From the NCBI GenBank assembly GCA_964016885.1, contig OZ024741.1:276954001-277018000 (forward strand): 64,000 nucleotides of DNA. The letters run 5' to 3'. Source of the DNA: Eledone cirrhosa. Its lineage: Eukaryota. The notes beneath the pieces were generated by a model. It saw nothing but the letters and a program-made list of their open reading frames with translations, was not told the DNA's origin and did not search any database. Of this stretch, positions 61,243 through 64,000 are shown one piece after another (positions within the stretch are counted from its first letter, which is position 1; each line of letters opens with the position of its first letter). Made by a program: the position numbers and the translations under genes.

Positions 61243-63480
61243 TTATATACGTCTGAGAACCAAGTTTTTAATGGTTAAGTGTTTCTCTCTCTTTTTTTCT
61301 CGGTTTGTGGGAGGCTAAGAATATGGACGTAGCTTTGTGGAGGTAACTAGAGAATAATTCACTCTTTTTGTTAATTAGGGTCTCATAGTTATTAATAATC
61401 AACAGGGTCTCCATTGTACAGAGTGCGCAGTTATTTGATATACTCCACAGTTCCGAAGTTTAGTCCAAAGAATGGAGTATTTTAAATTCCTCTCTTTTAA
61501 TGACCATATGAACTGTGATAAAGACGTGGATGATTTCCTCTTGGAGTTCGAGAAGGAGCATTTATGGTTCGCAAATCTGGCTTTAAATGTAGAAGTCATC
61601 GATCCTATGTAGTTGTATGTGTTGTGATCAGTTTTTACGGTGCATTTATAAACCAAGTTACTATCTAGACAATTATTTTGCAAAGGGCAATCAGATTTAT
61701 TTCTACAATTAGATTTTGGTTTAGTATCATTTATGTTAACTCTATTATTAAGATCATTATGCTGGTTTTATTTTAGGATTTTAGTGTTTAATTTGGCAAT
61801 GTTTTGGGCCATGTTCATCGTTGTCGAATATGAGAATTTAATGGTATGTCTATTAAAAATGGAATGGTATTTATGTTGAGTAGGGAAAGAGGTGTCCAAA
61901 GCATTAAAGAATAATTTTGCAATTGGTGTTTTGACTGCGACCGAAGCGGGGGGGGGGGGACCATATGACTGATTTAGTTCTAGTTCTTATCCTAGATTTA
62001 TTTAGCGTATGGGTGTTTGAATTATAATTATTAGAGTTTTTCTTATATATGTTATAATTTTTATTAAGATTAATACTTGGATTATTATTATCTACATATT
62101 CTATATTATTCACATATCCTGCTCTTTTTAACGCGTTGTTGTAGTATTCAGCGTTTTCGTCGAATGTAGCTTTATTGGCTGATATTTTATTAATTCGTTT
62201 TTGCACACTATTTACTATAGCTTTTTATTTACAGATTTAGGGTGATTGGAATGGTTACTAACATAGTTTAAGTTTTCATTGGGCTTATGAAAAGGCTAAT
62301 AGAAGCCAGTGTTTAAGTTAAAGGTAACGTCTAGGAAATTAACTATTCTGGTACCATTTTCTACTTCTAACTTAAGGTCATACTTTTTAAAGAATTCTAT
62401 TATACTTTTATTTACTCTATTTAGTTCCATATTGTTGTGTTTGACCACGGTAAATAAAATGTCGTCCCTATATAAACCATCGGTAATCTCCGGCAGTTTT
62501 CTATTTATCATATTTAATATGAAAATTCCCAGAAGATCTGTGATGTGCTCGGAATCGGATGCCCCCATAGTGATATCAAAATTTCTATCTCTATCTGAGC
62601 GGGTCCAATATTCGTTGTTGAAGTTAATAAGAGTTCTTCTGGCTGTTAGTATTATGTCTATTTCATCCGTGGTTAGATCAGTATGCTAATAAGCATATGA
62701 AAGAGCCTTATTTAGAAGGTTAGGTGTTATGGAAGAATAGTAGCTAGTAATGTCCATCTGGATGAATTTATGGTTTGTCTTATCTTCTATATTCTTGTAC
62801 CATTCTATGACTTCGTTTGTATCTTTCCATAAGCTCAAATTAGATCTCAATTTAAGAGTGGGTAATATTCTATCTATGATGTTTTTACTGATTACTCCAA
62901 TATCCGATTTCGATGGAGCAATCAGTCTAACTGGCATCTCTTCCTCAAAGTTTCTTTTGTGATCCTTCAAGTTAATCCTGGGCTGTCTAGGTAAAAATGG
63001 CTCGGTTCTTCCTTCTATTCCTAAATTGGTAATTAATTTGTAGGCTTCTTCGTTAATTTCAGTAAGATCTTCAGCCGGGGCTTTTTTTGTAATTTTTCCT
63101 AAGTTCGTTTAAAATCAAATTGTTATATTCGTCTTTGTTTATCCCATATAAATTAATAGTTTTGTCAGATTTAACCAATACTTTGTTAACATTTTTTATT
63201 TTCGTGATTTTTTCTTTTAGAGTTCTAAGGTATTGGTGACCTATATATAGGTTTTTCCTAAATTTAATTTGTTTGATTATACCGAGCATTTCTCTTTAAA
63301 AAACCTCCAGAAGTTTGTTGTATGGAGGATCATTTCTTGATTTAAATAAAGATTCAAAATGATTGTTGTTGGTTTTCCTTTCAGCAGCTTTATTTTCGAA
63401 ATGAAAAGCTGTCCATCTCAATCTTCTAATAAAATTATTTTCCATAGAGTGCTTCCAATCTACTGTAAAACTCATTCTTT
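61243..63480 (-). pseudogene. PLE polyprotein (RT + GIY-YIG) with multiple stops and frameshifts
   Basis: FIRRLRWTA, KSDKT.NLY, KDHK..VRLIAPSKSDIG, FIQMDITSYYSSIT, MGASDS..GLYRDD, VNFLDVTFNL, CPLQNNC..LVYKC..YIGS..FKARFANH, CALC..E..LINKKSE. Confidence 0.9.
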
Positions 63481-63534
63481 GATATACTCATTGAATATTG
63501 TTTAACTCTTTAATATATATATATATATATATAG

Positions 63535-63749
63535 GAACGATCGACTTTCGTCAAATCGGACCGAGGGAACAATGTTTCCGTTGGTCTTTCCAATTGCTAA
63601 TACTATCTATCGGTCGCAACTCCAGGTAGAAGGAGTAACGTGAAATAAAGTGTCTTGCTCAAGGACATAACGCATCGCCTGGTCCAGGAATCGAACTCAC
63701 AACCTTACGATTGCGAATCCAATTCTCTAACCACTCAGCCACATGCCTT

Positions 63750-63752
<3 letters not shown>
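63535..63752 (-). mobile_element. tRNA-derived SINE, second family
   Basis: Minus strand reads GAAGGCATGTGGCTGAGTGGTTAG (A-box), GTGAGTTCGATTCC (B-box), then GTCCTTGAGCAAGACACTTTATTTCACG. No intact cloverleaf. The 3' boundary is uncertain. Confidence 0.8.
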
Positions 63753-63823
<71 letters not shown>

Positions 63824-64000
63824 CCCAAAAGACGCAATACATAGGAAATTTTGAAGTTACCATATTTATTTATTTTGAATAAATTGTTTCTTATAAAACA
63901 TAATTATTTTCTTTATGTATCGCGATTTTTGGGCCACCCTGTATATATATAAGGGAAGCGCCGTGGTGCTGTGGCGCGCTGACCTCTACACGGCTGAAGC

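Noticed and set aside
63675-63752. tRNA gene
   Set aside because: A and B boxes are present, but the acceptor stem does not pair and a SINE body follows.

Overview
Eukaryotic, AT-rich, repeat-saturated DNA with no recognisable host gene. The (TA)n/(CA)n/(GA)n microsatellites and two tRNA-derived SINE families resemble octopus/cephalopod repeats, but that assignment is inference. Positions 1-49.3 kb are a macrosatellite of about 7 imperfect units (5.5-10.1 kb). Each unit is a mosaic of transposon fragments joined by (TA)n: Penelope-like element (PLE) pieces, an RTE LINE fragment, SINEs, a mariner-type MITE and many fold-back inversions. After the array come a Neptune-type PLE fold-back (49.4-51.6 kb), a near full-length but broken L1/Tx1-like LINE inside a (GATA)n tract (52.2-57.4 kb), a degenerate ~5.6 kb Naiad-like PLE (57.9-63.5 kb) and two SINEs. 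The main hidden signal is a dense set of type I hammerhead ribozyme (HHR) motifs found by eye. At least four unrelated sequence families have complete cores with palindromic or near-palindromic helix III, and several more are degenerate. A conserved box C/D-type kink-turn hairpin occurs in another repeat family. Most ORFs in the track are microsatellite artefacts. All alignments and folds were done manually, so boundaries are approximate.
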